The translations under genes were made by a program, and so were the position numbers. A DNA stretch of 64,000 nucleotides, taken from NCBI GenBank assembly GCA_013115145.1, contig JAAPAO010000043.1:43726-107725 (forward strand). Direction: 5' to 3'. Under the pieces are notes generated by a model. The model was not told where the DNA came from, searched no databases, and was given only the letters and a program-made list of their open reading frames with translations. Below are positions 22,064 through 32,885 of the stretch, one piece after another (positions within the stretch are counted from its first letter, which is position 1; each line of letters begins with the position of its first letter). This DNA comes from Perkinsus chesapeaki ATCC PRA-425. Its lineage: Eukaryota; Protista; Perkinsozoa.

Positions 22064-25000
22064 TCAATATGGTGCTGTCGCATGCTTCGGCGAGGAATCA
22101 TTCCCTTCGCCTTTCTTAATTTGTACTTTAATACGTTTACCAACAGGCGTCACGTATCCGTCCATGGTCGAGACCTGAAAAACTGGTAATGAACACTTCA
22201 CCGCTTCAAACGACTCTTCGGACTATTAACGAACACTGCGGCAGTCTCATCTATTGGCAACGCTAATTCCGACACACAGTCGTGGTCGTGTGACACGACC
22301 ACCAAGACCAGACATGATTCCACGTACAGCTCTCGCAGCCGCATCACAGTTGTCGAAGGAAATGAAACCATATCCACGAGACATTCCTGTCTGCTTGTCG
22401 ACAACAACCTGGGAAATATATCAACCACATTTAAGCTTCGCATTGGAGTCACCTTGGCCGAAATGATCCGCCCGAATTGGTCAAAGTGCTGCCGTAGGTC
22501 AGTTTCAGTCCACGCGTCCGGCACAGAAAAGACGAAAATATTAGCACCAGCCGGGCCTGCTGGGATAGCGGTGCCTGATGGTTTGCTCGAATTGCCTCCC
22601 ACCTTTGGCTTGCGGCGCCGTATGCGCGGCTGTAGGGTTCTTAAATTCGATTGGAAGTTCCCATTGGACAGTGTTAGATTGAGAATTGTGGTAGTAGGGC
22701 GTGCCGTCCATCGCGAAATACCTACAACATTCATAATTTCCCTGACAAGGCCAGCAACCCACTCGGTCCAGGCTCCGATCGTTCGCGGCTGCTGACCTTG
22801 AGCACCAGAGTCGGGCGCTGCTGGTGGGGCTGAAATATGCAATACACTTCGTTGTGCAAATTGTCCCACTTTGACCGTATGCCGCGGCGTTAACAAACCG
22901 CGGCTGTCCTTGACTAGGATTGTGGTCGTATCCATTCGAGGCAGGGGACAGCCCTCCATACGAGCTAGGAGGAGGTAACGTATCTTCACAAGACTTCAAG
23001 CGCCACGGACAATTAAGAACGCAATCTACTTGTCGATCGCCTCGCCACTGGTCCCCGACTGGAGGGGTCGGCTAGCTTCACCTCCAGCGCCCGCTGAGAT
23101 CCTTCAACTTGGACTCGTCCGCTCACTTCGCTTATGGCACGTGATGCGTCCTTTTCATCGGTGAATCGGACAAACGCATATCTGACACGCATCTGCTGCG
23201 CGGTGCTATGTCATTAGCCCTGTGGCAGCAGCAGCAACCTACAAAGCGTGTGGCCCTGGCACGTGTACTTCAGTTACTCGGCCGAATGGTTCGAATATGT
23301 TACGTAGTTCAGCTGCTTCAGTAGAAGGGCCCAGACCAGATACGTATAACTTCGTATCTTGACCTGCGCGCAGCAGGAATAATTACAGATACCTTCCGTG
23401 TGGCCCAAAAGGACGCATGCCGACCCTCAAGACTCCAGTAACAAACATTCCTGATAGGTAGTCTATGAATCGGGATAAGGGCGTTGCCTGGCGATTTGAT
23501 GGCCTCAGTTCGAGGCCATAAATAAATCAAAACCTGTCTATATCTTTCACGTGCGAAAAGCTTCCCGATATTAACCGTTAATAATTAACGCCTATTGATA
23601 GTCCAATTATTAATAGGAGATAATACGGACATATCAGACGACTAATAAATTTAGATTTGTCTGTATTATCCCCTATTGTCTTTATTCTGAATCAGAATAC
23701 ACATGAGTGATATTCAGCCACCAGGTTGCTTCTTTTGGATTCCCTAGTACAAGGCACGTGATAAAATACCGGGATGTACGACACGAAAATCGAAAAGTAT
23801 TGCGACTGCCACGACATAAAAGACCTGTCGCAATGTCATGACCGTTTCATGCCCCATTTCGATTATTTGGGCGAGCGAAATAAATTTACGCTGCGCAGCC
23901 GGCCCAAACTGTTATGCAATTTAGCTTTGCGTTGTCTAAATGAGCCGTGGGAAACATCTAACCGACAGTGAGCGTGCTGAGGTAGTCAAGCTCCTTGCTG
24001 CGGGGAAGAAAACGCTTGAGATAGCGAAGGCTCTGAAGCGTGACCATCGCACAGTCAAGGAGTATGTGACGAACCCAGAAAAGCGCTATGTTGGACACAG
24101 CGGGCCAACCAAGACGTCTGTAACGGCTAGGGATAGGACTAAGCTAAAGCGGGAAATGGCGAGGAACCCGCTTGCCACAAGTAAAGAGGTCTTCGAAGGG
24201 GCAGGCGTCGAAATGAGAGCCCGAAGCTCTCGCAACAGGGTACTGGGTCAGCTAGAACAGGTGAAAAAAGCGATAGGAAAGCCCAACCTGACGGCTCGAC
24301 ACAGGAAGAATAGATGGGACTGGGCGAGAGAATATGAAGAGAAACTTCTCCAAGGTCCTGTGGACAGATGAGTGCAGGGCAACCTTGGACGGGCCTGACG
24401 GGTGGGCATCTGGGTGGGCGCTAAGTGGCGCACCGGTACCAGTTCGGATGAAGAGGCAACAGGGGGTTGGAGGTGTGATCATCACACTGTGATGTTCAGG
24501 GCTGGCATGATTGAGGACACTGTGGTCGGCCCCTTCCGTGTAGAGAAGGGAGTTGAGATGGACTCAAAAGCGTAATGCGAATCTTGGAAAAATTCTCTTT
24601 ATTGTTAGCACCAGTTACACTGATTTGTTGGCGAAGTACTTCCTTCCCGGGTACCGCTCGCGCCCTACGAAGTTCAAAAGGGAACTGGTGTTCATGCACG
24701 ATAATGCTCCAGCTCACTCTAGCAAGTTCAGCACCGCTTTCCTTGATAAGAACGGTTTCAAGGCCAACAGGATCATGGAATGGCCTAGCTTCTCGCCCGA
24801 TTTGAATCCCATTGAGAACTATTGGAGCCTGCTAAAAAGGTAATTCCAATCTATTTCGTTCATTTGAAGTACCCTATTATACATCACAGGGAAGTTTATC
24901 GCCAGGGGACACAGTTTGGCTCTGTCGATGATCTGTGGGCTGCTATCGAAGCTGCAGCGAAGAAGATCACTCCAGACGATGTCAAAAAGCTTACATGCTC

Positions 25001-26004
25001 CATGGATAGACGTGTGGAAAGACTGGGGGAAAACCCCAAGTGTCGTGGGGGCCATGTTGGGTCATGAATATATGCTTTTCCGCTAGTCCCTTTCCTAGTA
25101 CAAATAAAAAGTTGAGTTGCATAACAGTTTGGGCCGGCTGCGTAGCGTAAATTTATTTCGCTCGCCCAAATAATCGAAATGGGACAGTAATATAACAGTT
25201 CGGCGATACATTCGGTTTGCCGTTGATAATAGCCAGTTATCCTACTTCTCGTCCCTGGTGCCTCCTTGGGCAATCCGAGGCGATCCGCCTCCCCCTGGGC
25301 GTAGATAACAGTAAGCGGTCTTCCAGACTGAAGAGAACAACAACAACCTTCCAGGCCAACACCGAAACCTGGATCAACCGACCTCGGGAAGAATCTTCCC
25401 ATTGAGTGCGGCTATGGCGCTCTGGCCCTCGGAGAGATCTCGAAACCGGACAAAGGCCAGGCCTAACACACCATAAATTCATTCACATTTCCGCGACCAA
25501 TTCAACATATGTGGACGACGATGAGCGAGTTCCAACACTGTAAAGGGTACACCCGCGCGGCGCCTCATCAACAGTCTTCGATTCTGTCTAATTCATCTGG
25601 TACATGTAATCTTATTACTACTTGCTCTTGAGGAAGGTGCTCAGTCTCGTATAGCTGAACCGTTCAACATGCGAATATAGACATCAGGACTCGCATGATC
25701 GTACAGGCAGATCAGTAAAAGACCAAAACCGACAGAGGTTCTTCAACAAGGTGATCAAGTGCGGAATTCCACCACCCGCCTTCTGCTTACCCCGAGATTC
25801 CTGAGTCTCCCTATCCTTCATAATAAACACTTCCTCGACCCCTCCATACCTGAACCCACTCCTCCAGATGGCCAAGCAACAGCTAAGCTATTACTGTTGG
25901 AATATGCCCAGGATGTCATCTGTAGTGAGAGACTTCGGCAGGCCTCGGACAAATAGCTTGACAGGGCCGCCGCAGGCACCGATGGCCCTTGGTATGTTGA
26001 CCAT
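22064..26004 (-). CDS. CELF/Bruno-FCA-like RNA-binding protein: RRM-RRM-WW-RRM
   Basis: RRM1 KLFVRGLPK...ESRG|LAFVRF; RRM2 TKLYVSGLG...YAFVRF, joined in phase across intron 23364-25245; WW GAWTE|YFAMDGTPYYHNSQSNTVQWELP; RRM3 GPAGANIFVFSVP...SRGYGFISF...KRIKVQIK. Confidence 0.85.
23612..23677. repeat. 66-bp foldback (20-bp arms, 18/20 complementary)
   Basis: AATAGGAGATAATACGGACA (23612-23631) pairs with TGTCTGTATTATCCCCTATT (23658-23677). Confidence 0.8.
23849..25187 (+). mobile_element. Tc1/mariner DNA transposon, DD37E (TRT-like), decayed copy inside a host intron
   Basis: 67-bp inverted repeats at 23853-23919 and 25117-25183 with one mismatch. The right end is followed by TA; the left terminus is degenerate. 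Encodes transposase remnants. Confidence 0.93.
23940..25067 (+). pseudogene. DD37E transposase pseudogene with two spliceosomal introns and two frameshifts
   Basis: HTH region ALKRDHRTVK; catalytic WTDECRATLDGPDGW, FMHDNAPAH and SPDLNPIENYWS, with 37 residues between the second D and the E. A 2-nt deletion lies near 24333, a 14-nt insertion at 24480-24493, and introns at 24572-24614 and 24840-24889. Confidence 0.9.
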
Positions 26005-26377
26005 GATAACGAGAAAGATGACAAAAATAGCTTCAGTTGTGAAATATCTACTCGAGTTGCTACACAGGTCCCTTCCACCAAAGAGGTTCAAAATTCCGCC
26101 ACCACATCCGCCACCAGGTGTTTTTCAACTGTTCCCAAAGCGGAAATATAAAAGTTTTTGGTGAAAATATTTTTCCGATAAAGGGCGAACATCAAGTGCG
26201 CACTATATAGGAAAACCTATCTCTTCTTTCGTGCATTTGGATCCTCTAGAGGTACTCAGAAATAGGCAGGAATTTATCCATTCGAGCCGGCTCCAGTTGC
26301 AAATGATATATTAACAGTGATAACGCAACACTATCAATCAACAACAGTAGAAAACTTAACCGATACTGGTGGCACTA

Positions 26378-27754
26378 TTACAAAGCATGCTCGTCGACAG
26401 CATCCGACGGGCTCATGAGTAACTGACGCACCAGCTTGCGATATTTAGGGGACGACTCTGCCAGTCTCATAATTCGATCCCTATCATGGCGAACAAGGTA
26501 TCTACACAACAGTCGCTGAAACCGATTTCAGCACCTTGCCCCGCTCACTCCACTAACTTGCTTCGCGGTCGAGTAGTTTTCCCTGCGATGCCCATCTGCT
26601 CCATGAACGCCTGATAGCAGCACTTTCACATCTCCCTTACCGTCGTATTACATCGATAACTTCATCACTGGCCTTAGCCTTCTCACCTCCATCATTCTCG
26701 CTCTCAGATGGCTCCGATAGCACCTCTAGTTCTATCACAGAATACGGCACTGGATCCTTAGGGAATGTCGCCAGATCCACGTCGATGTTGATAGACTGCA
26801 CCAATCATATTACAGATATCAGAGCGGTGGCAGCAGAGACCTACCCGACCGTCCTGCTGAGCATGGTATGTCGTTCGATGGCTTGTGAGCTCTGCGAAAG
26901 CTTTGAATCCGCTGGCATCGAGGAGTTCTTGTAGGTCCGAATCCAACTGGTTCGGAAATAGGAACTGAAAATGGCGTTAAGCGTCGACAGAGTCGATTTA
27001 GAAGACTCTTGGCCGTGACTGTACGTCCATGAATTGAACAGGCTATAATAGACTCGATCATAACCATGGTACAGAAGCCTAGTGAAGGGCGGCGCCTCTA
27101 TGAAGTGCACATACGGTTTGTCTTCCGCTTGTGGCCACACTTGAGTTAATAAAACACCAATTTCTACGGTACTTCAACAGAAGACTCGTAGCGCTCCACT
27201 GGCTATCGAAAATCACCACTACACAGCGCTTCCGAGCTCATCATGCTATTCGTTACCCTACCCGAAGCACCCTGCTGTTGCGGGTCAGGAGTCGATTAAA
27301 TGTCGACTCCACCATTAAACAGCTACGTGAAAGAGCCTTTACCCAATCTTATGTGCCGAATACTCCATACGCCTATTTTGATGCAATTGCCCGAGCTCCA
27401 CGAAGGCTGATTTTCCCTAGCCACCGCTCACCTGGCGAACATTAGCCTCTCCCTCGATTTCGTTATAAGTTGTCGAGCCTTCCACCGAGGATCCTTTTGA
27501 ACCCAACCCAGGCACCTTCATCTCCCAGCGACCATTGCGGAGCCTCAGCCATTGATCTTGCCTGATGAGCAACCCTACGACACAAGACCAAGATTAACTT
27601 GCCACCTCACTAGTGTCATTTTATCATCGTCCCAATAGGCATCTTGAAGCACTACATGGCTGACCGCAGCCCCCAAACGAGCTAGGAAAGCGGAGAGGTC
27701 CTTAGGCGGCAAAGATATCTTCCTTTCTACCTCAAGACGTACAGCTGCTGGCAT
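26378..27754 (-). CDS. CYTH-domain triphosphatase, thiamine-triphosphatase-like
   Basis: LEVERK (ExExK), LQDAYWD, DQWLRLRNGRWEMKVP, TYNEIEGE, RTTY, IDVD, YSVIELEV and C-terminal RYLVRHD. Confidence 0.8.
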
Positions 27755-27789
27755 TCTGGTAATAATGAAAAATACTGTGGATACCCAAT

Positions 27790-28400
27790 GAGTCAATAAT
27801 ATACATATAATCTTTAATATCGATATAGCATAAGACCACCTATGATACTAGCAAATGTAATAGTGCAATTTGTTAAACTATATTATACTAATAATAATAG
27901 ATTGAATGTTAGTCATAGTCTTAGCAGCTCATAAACGCTTTACATATAATAATAATACTTACCCATGAACGATAAGGATATACCACGAGGAGGTATCAAG
28001 CGGTTCATAGGTAGTAGTTGTAGCTTTCATATTTTACTTATTAATTATTAACATTCCATATACTATTTTTGATAAAGCGTACTCATTACCATTTAATATC
28101 GGCATAAATGTATTGGTAAATGCACTATAATAGATATAATATAATCTGATTAATACGGTTAAGTCATAAATTATAATAACAGTCATTGAACACATATGCG
28201 TAAGCTCTGTTATTAGCCATACTTTCCTGACTAATTTTAATAATAATATATTTATCCATACTTGACAACATACTCTTCAATAAATTAACTATTGTAACAA
28301 CCCACCACTGGTGATGATAACAGCACCCCCGATAACGCATAATCATATCAACAATACTGGAATACGATAGTAGTAATAACAACAGCATCATCATCATCAT
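27790..28400. other. AT-rich low-complexity intergenic block ending in (CAT)n/(GGA)n microsatellites
   Basis: Visibly A/T-dominated compared with the flanks; no credible coding signal. Confidence 0.6.
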
Positions 28401-28511
28401 AGGAGGAGGAGGAGCTAATACCCACCAACTCAATGATGATCAAACTGCCGCCGACCAGTTTGTCTACCACAATGACCAACAATCAAATGTTCCACGAAAA
28501 ATCCTCATCGC

Positions 28512-30485
28512 TCAATAACGCATCGTAGCGCCAGCAGCAGCACCACCTCGACTAGCACTCGTGCTACCACGGTCGTATCGTTTGATGTCATAATCTTCAT
28601 CACCTGACAATCAAAATTGATGCTGCTGCTGCACTGGAAAGATGAGACATGTACCCTACCTGAGCCCCTCACACCGCTACCCTCGTTCTTCGTGACGTGA
28701 AGACGTTCATTACAACCTTGAATTCGTTTGCCATCTAGAGCCTTAACGACCTCATCAACCTAAGACCGAGGGATCCATCTCCATCGAGAAGAATGGTTGT
28801 TGTTTTTGTCAATCTGATCATCTCGAACGTATGCCAGAAAAAGTAGGAAAGTGAAGTAATAAGAAGGTCCGCAAAACACACATGCTACATAAAAGTACTA
28901 TTATTGGTACAGAGAATATCAAGTGCATTGAAATGTATTATTCAACCACTATAGGGTAGTGAAGATGAAATGCCAACGGTTATTATAACGAAAAGGCAGC
29001 AGGACCAAGTAGCTACTGATGCTGCTCACCTGGGCAGGATCGGTGTACTCGATCATTCCGCAGCACACCCGGCCCTCGCGGAAGGTTCTAGCGAAGGTGC
29101 AGGAGCTGCCATAGTCCTTACCTGACAGAAATAACAAATCAACCCAAACAGAAAACAACAATCCTACCAAGCTGCTTGAGCTCTTGCCAGCTCATATCCT
29201 CCGGGAGATTCTCCAATCTGAGCTGTACCGCCCCTCTCGGAGGGGGCAGAGCGCCATAGCGGTTCGGTCGCGGGGCGTCCTTGTCATCGTAGAAGCTAAC
29301 GGCATCTTCACGACGGCCACTTCCACGACCTCCTTCCTTATCCCAGGAACCGTAGCCATCACCTTTGGAGCGACCAGAAGGAGGGCTGTAACTGAGGGGA
29401 TGATATAGCGAACGGCAAAGCTCAGAGGCTTACTCGGAATACTCCCGACGAGTTTGAACATCCCTGCCATAGTCGTCTCTACGGCCACCGCGATAATCTG
29501 ATAGAATAATAGGAAAAATAACACTATTAAGCTTACCTTCACGATACCACTCATCCCGGCTGCCACCGCCTTTCCTGTTACTGAAGGCTCTCCGGTAGTC
29601 AGCATTATAGCCACCAGTAGCGTTCCATCTAGGCTTCCTCCACTCTCCCCTACCAACAGAGATGGTAAACCTAGCGGTAGCGGTGCAACCTACTTGGCAT
29701 AGGATCCGTGCTGGCGGTAACCGAAGCTGTTCCCTGAGTTATAGGACTGTCTGGTGGCATGAGATACCTGACAAAGAGCCCATGGGAGCGATAGGCGATC
29801 GAGGGACCTTGCCTTGATAGTAAAGCCGCCGAACTTGGTCTGGTCGACGTCTTCGATGGCGTCCGCCGCAGCGTTCTCTGATTCAAACTGGAGGAAAGCG
29901 TAGGTGTCCCGAGTCGACTGGCAGATCTTCACATCGGTCACGCGGCCTGAAACAGCCTTAGGGAAAAGACTGCCATTTGTAGCCTTACCGAACTTGCCGA
30001 ATCTATCTTCGAGCTCGGCCTCACGGACATCTGACGGTAAGCCACCAACCCAGATTCTAGCAGCACAGCCCTCCTCAGGGGCCGCCCTAGCAGGAGTGAT
30101 CTCAGCCCTTCCAGAACGACGGGCCGATCTCGACCTGAGGGCAATATTATGGCAGGCGACAAACGGACATTTACCTTGATCTGTCGCGGCGACCGCCTCT
30201 ACGAATCTCGTCATCATGACTATCATCCCGTCGGCTTCGGGAGCGACTTCTAGGGCGACGGTCAACATCGGAGAGTGAGTCGCTCCGGCTGCTAGTTCGG
30301 GTGCCACGGGACGCGTCCATGCGACCAGTATAACTAGCACAACTCCGGCTGTCCAATGATCGCCCCCTATCACGGGAGTTGGACCGGCTAGCCTCTGGCT
30401 CGGTACGGTCAGCTTCAAGGCCCTTGGGGGAAGGAGGAGGAGGAGAGGACGAGCGGCCTTGATTCGCGAGGGTTTCACCAGCCAT
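28512..30485 (-). CDS. SRSF1/SF2-like splicing factor with N-terminal RS region, RRM1 and pseudo-RRM2
   Basis: RIWVGGLPSDVREAELEDRFGKFG|RVTDVKI...YAFLQF; RRM2 has LENLPEDMSWQELKQ, the SWQDLKD signature. RS/RD repeats lie at the N-terminus. Confidence 0.85.
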
Positions 30486-30770
30486 TTTTAACGTGTCGAA
30501 CAACTCTGAAGCCTGCACGCACATACAACCGTTTTAACATGAGTAAAAACTCTCTAGTAGTGAATACATTACTCAGCGATTATTCAGTGTTGTCGCAATC
30601 GTCTGGTGACTTCCCGTCACGCCTGCCCCGAATTGAAGCCACTAAAAACCCTTGCTCTTCATAAAAAGCATGTTTCCATTACCAAATACGATCGATCTTT
30701 TCCTACGTGAATTCCAGCAGTTCTGCATTTAAATTGATATCGCTCTTCAAGGTTCACTGTCAGTTTATTT

Positions 30771-32522
30771 ATGCTCGGTTGGCGATGCCGTGCCTCTAGT
30801 ATGGGCGGACAGGACCTTCTGCTCCTACGGCTGCTGCCGGGCCATGGCCGTCGACGGAAGCCCCTCCTCGTCGCCTTCTTGATACTAACGGTTTTCGTCC
30901 TACTTCTTCGGCCCGTCGTGGCTGATGAATATACTGGTTATTGCCGGTGGGTTTCCCAAGATGACACTCTTACTAATTATGAAGGTGTCCACGAAGCCTA
31001 CGTCAGTTTCGATAATACAGACCAGACCGCTGGATGGCTCAGCCTCTACGTCGACATGTCCGCTGGAGGCGATCCCTCCACTCGAGAGGTCTACCTTTGC
31101 CAATCTGAATACGCCACAGTTGTGCAAACCTATCCTAACGGATCGTCACCGGTCAGCATTCCGCAAAGCAAAGTGTCGGTAACGTATCACAGTATGAGCC
31201 TCTGTGTCAGTAAGGCCTTCAACTTCATGAAGGATGCTGGACTAATACAGAGGGACACGGCCGACTTGACGTACTTGCTGATAGCTCTGAACGAAACGTG
31301 GTACTAAATGGGACGGAGGGGGCCGGCGCTTGTTCTCTGTAGTGCGTCCGCTCTGTACTCGAGCTCCTATACTAGGGAAGAATTTGAGGGAAAGCCGGTA
31401 GAAAATTTTATATAGTTTGTAACAAAATTGAAGAATTTACGCTACCAAGAAGTCACTGGAATTTAATCGGGAAAATTTTGCAAATTTCCGGAAGTACCCA
31501 GCGAACCTTGTAGTGAGTCGGTGGTATTTTATCGGAAGTGTTTTGCTGTATATAATGGATTCCTGTGAAGAATCTAGAATGTGTGCACTCGATACGATCT
31601 CGACCAGTGTCTCACACGCTCCTCCAAAAGATTCACCGACTGATGGAGGAGGAGCTATCGGTGAGGATGCCAACTGGATACTCATTATAGATTTGTAGCC
31701 TTCCTCAAATGCAATGTTGTGTATGCCTTGTATATTTCATTGCTATAGATGCTGGAAATTGAACGTCTTTTGAACTTCAGGTTCGTCACCGGACCGGATT
31801 CTGCTACCAATCGTTTGCCTCTCTATACAGCCGGTAATCACATTGAGCGATGTTCCAAAAATCGGGACTTTGCAACCCGGCCGATTTCTGGTGTGTATTG
31901 CGGTGTTACCTACAACCTCAATGCATCGAATGCTGATGAATCTCAGCTCGGTGCGCTCGGGGAGGGCTTGTTCGTCACCGACTATGCCCCAGTCATTCAG
32001 TACCATCCATCGATCTATCTCGGCTCATTTAGCTTCGTGGTGGGCACGTTTTGGGGACCGATGAATTTAACATCGTTTGATACCCCCGGGCTGCTGGAGA
32101 CGTCTCCGAGAAATAACCCTCTCACTTATAACATTGACACCCGAGGGAACATTTCGTCGGTGCTGTACTATGACCAAATCTCGGTTTATGTCCGGACGAG
32201 TCTGCTCGACAAAGTCGGGGATGCCCAGAGCATAGCCGTTTCCTATCAGAATCGCTACACTATGCAATTGAGCGCGGATAGGTTATCCTGTCCCGAAATG
32301 TATGGAAGGATAACGGATATAGTGGAGTTGGGCGGCGTTGATGGACCTAATCCTGGCATATTGCCGACGGTAACCGAAGATAAGTGGAAAAATGCCCAAG
32401 GGCTGGTCATTGGGTGCATTGCGGCTCTCATCATGGTCATATTTGGTGTTTGGGCGATAAGAGTAGACAGGCAACACAAAAAGGAGTTTAAGAAGCGCAC
32501 GGCCTTGGTGATACCCTCCTGA
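30771..32522 (+). CDS. Type I single-pass membrane glycoprotein (two exons)
   Basis: Signal-like N-terminus; in-phase intron 31298-31780; several N-x-S/T sites; TM GLVIGCIAALIMVIFGVWAI followed by a basic tail. Confidence 0.7.
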
Positions 32523-32885
32523 TGCTGTAATGAGTGTACTATTGCGCTGCCTTGAAATGGTACTGGGCCATACGCCTGTGAGCTGTCGATGGCTGAGTCG
32601 ATGATCCAAGGCTTGTGATATTACTGTATAATTGATGATAGTCAGAAGTTACCCACCTCGCTGCTGCTGCTGTAGAGGAGGAGGAGGAGGTTGTATATTT
32701 CTTAAGTGATAATGACTGAGGCCCATTTGGTTCCTTCCGAAGTCGCTTTTCTTTCTATATTCCAATGTCGTGTTAACAAATCAATGAGCATTTCTTTGGC
32801 ATAGATGCGGTCGAGTCAAATGGCGGGTGCTTTGCGATAGGAAAACTCCTGGGTAGTAGATACTCATCGCAGTTTTATTAGTATT

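Noticed and set aside
25328-25382. CELF intron 3 containing GGTTGATCCAGGTTTCGG, loosely like a tRNA-Phe 3' end
   Set aside because: The match needs gaps, the T-loop is broken and there is no T-stem, so it is too weak to count as a fifth case.
27140-27172. Spliced-leader-like ACCGTAG...CTCAAG on the minus strand
   Set aside because: The central part does not match the 21-22 nt SL and the spacing is wrong.
27954-28010. U1 snRNA-like start (ATACTTACC plus a hairpin with an ACGAG loop)
   Set aside because: The rest of U1 (stem II, Sm site, terminal stem) is absent in register. It is better explained as a GGTAAGTAT donor-like sequence on the minus strand in AT-rich DNA.
31305-31320. TGGGACGGAGGG resembling a Stowaway MITE terminal repeat
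   Set aside because: Only one end is present, with no partner repeat or TA duplication.
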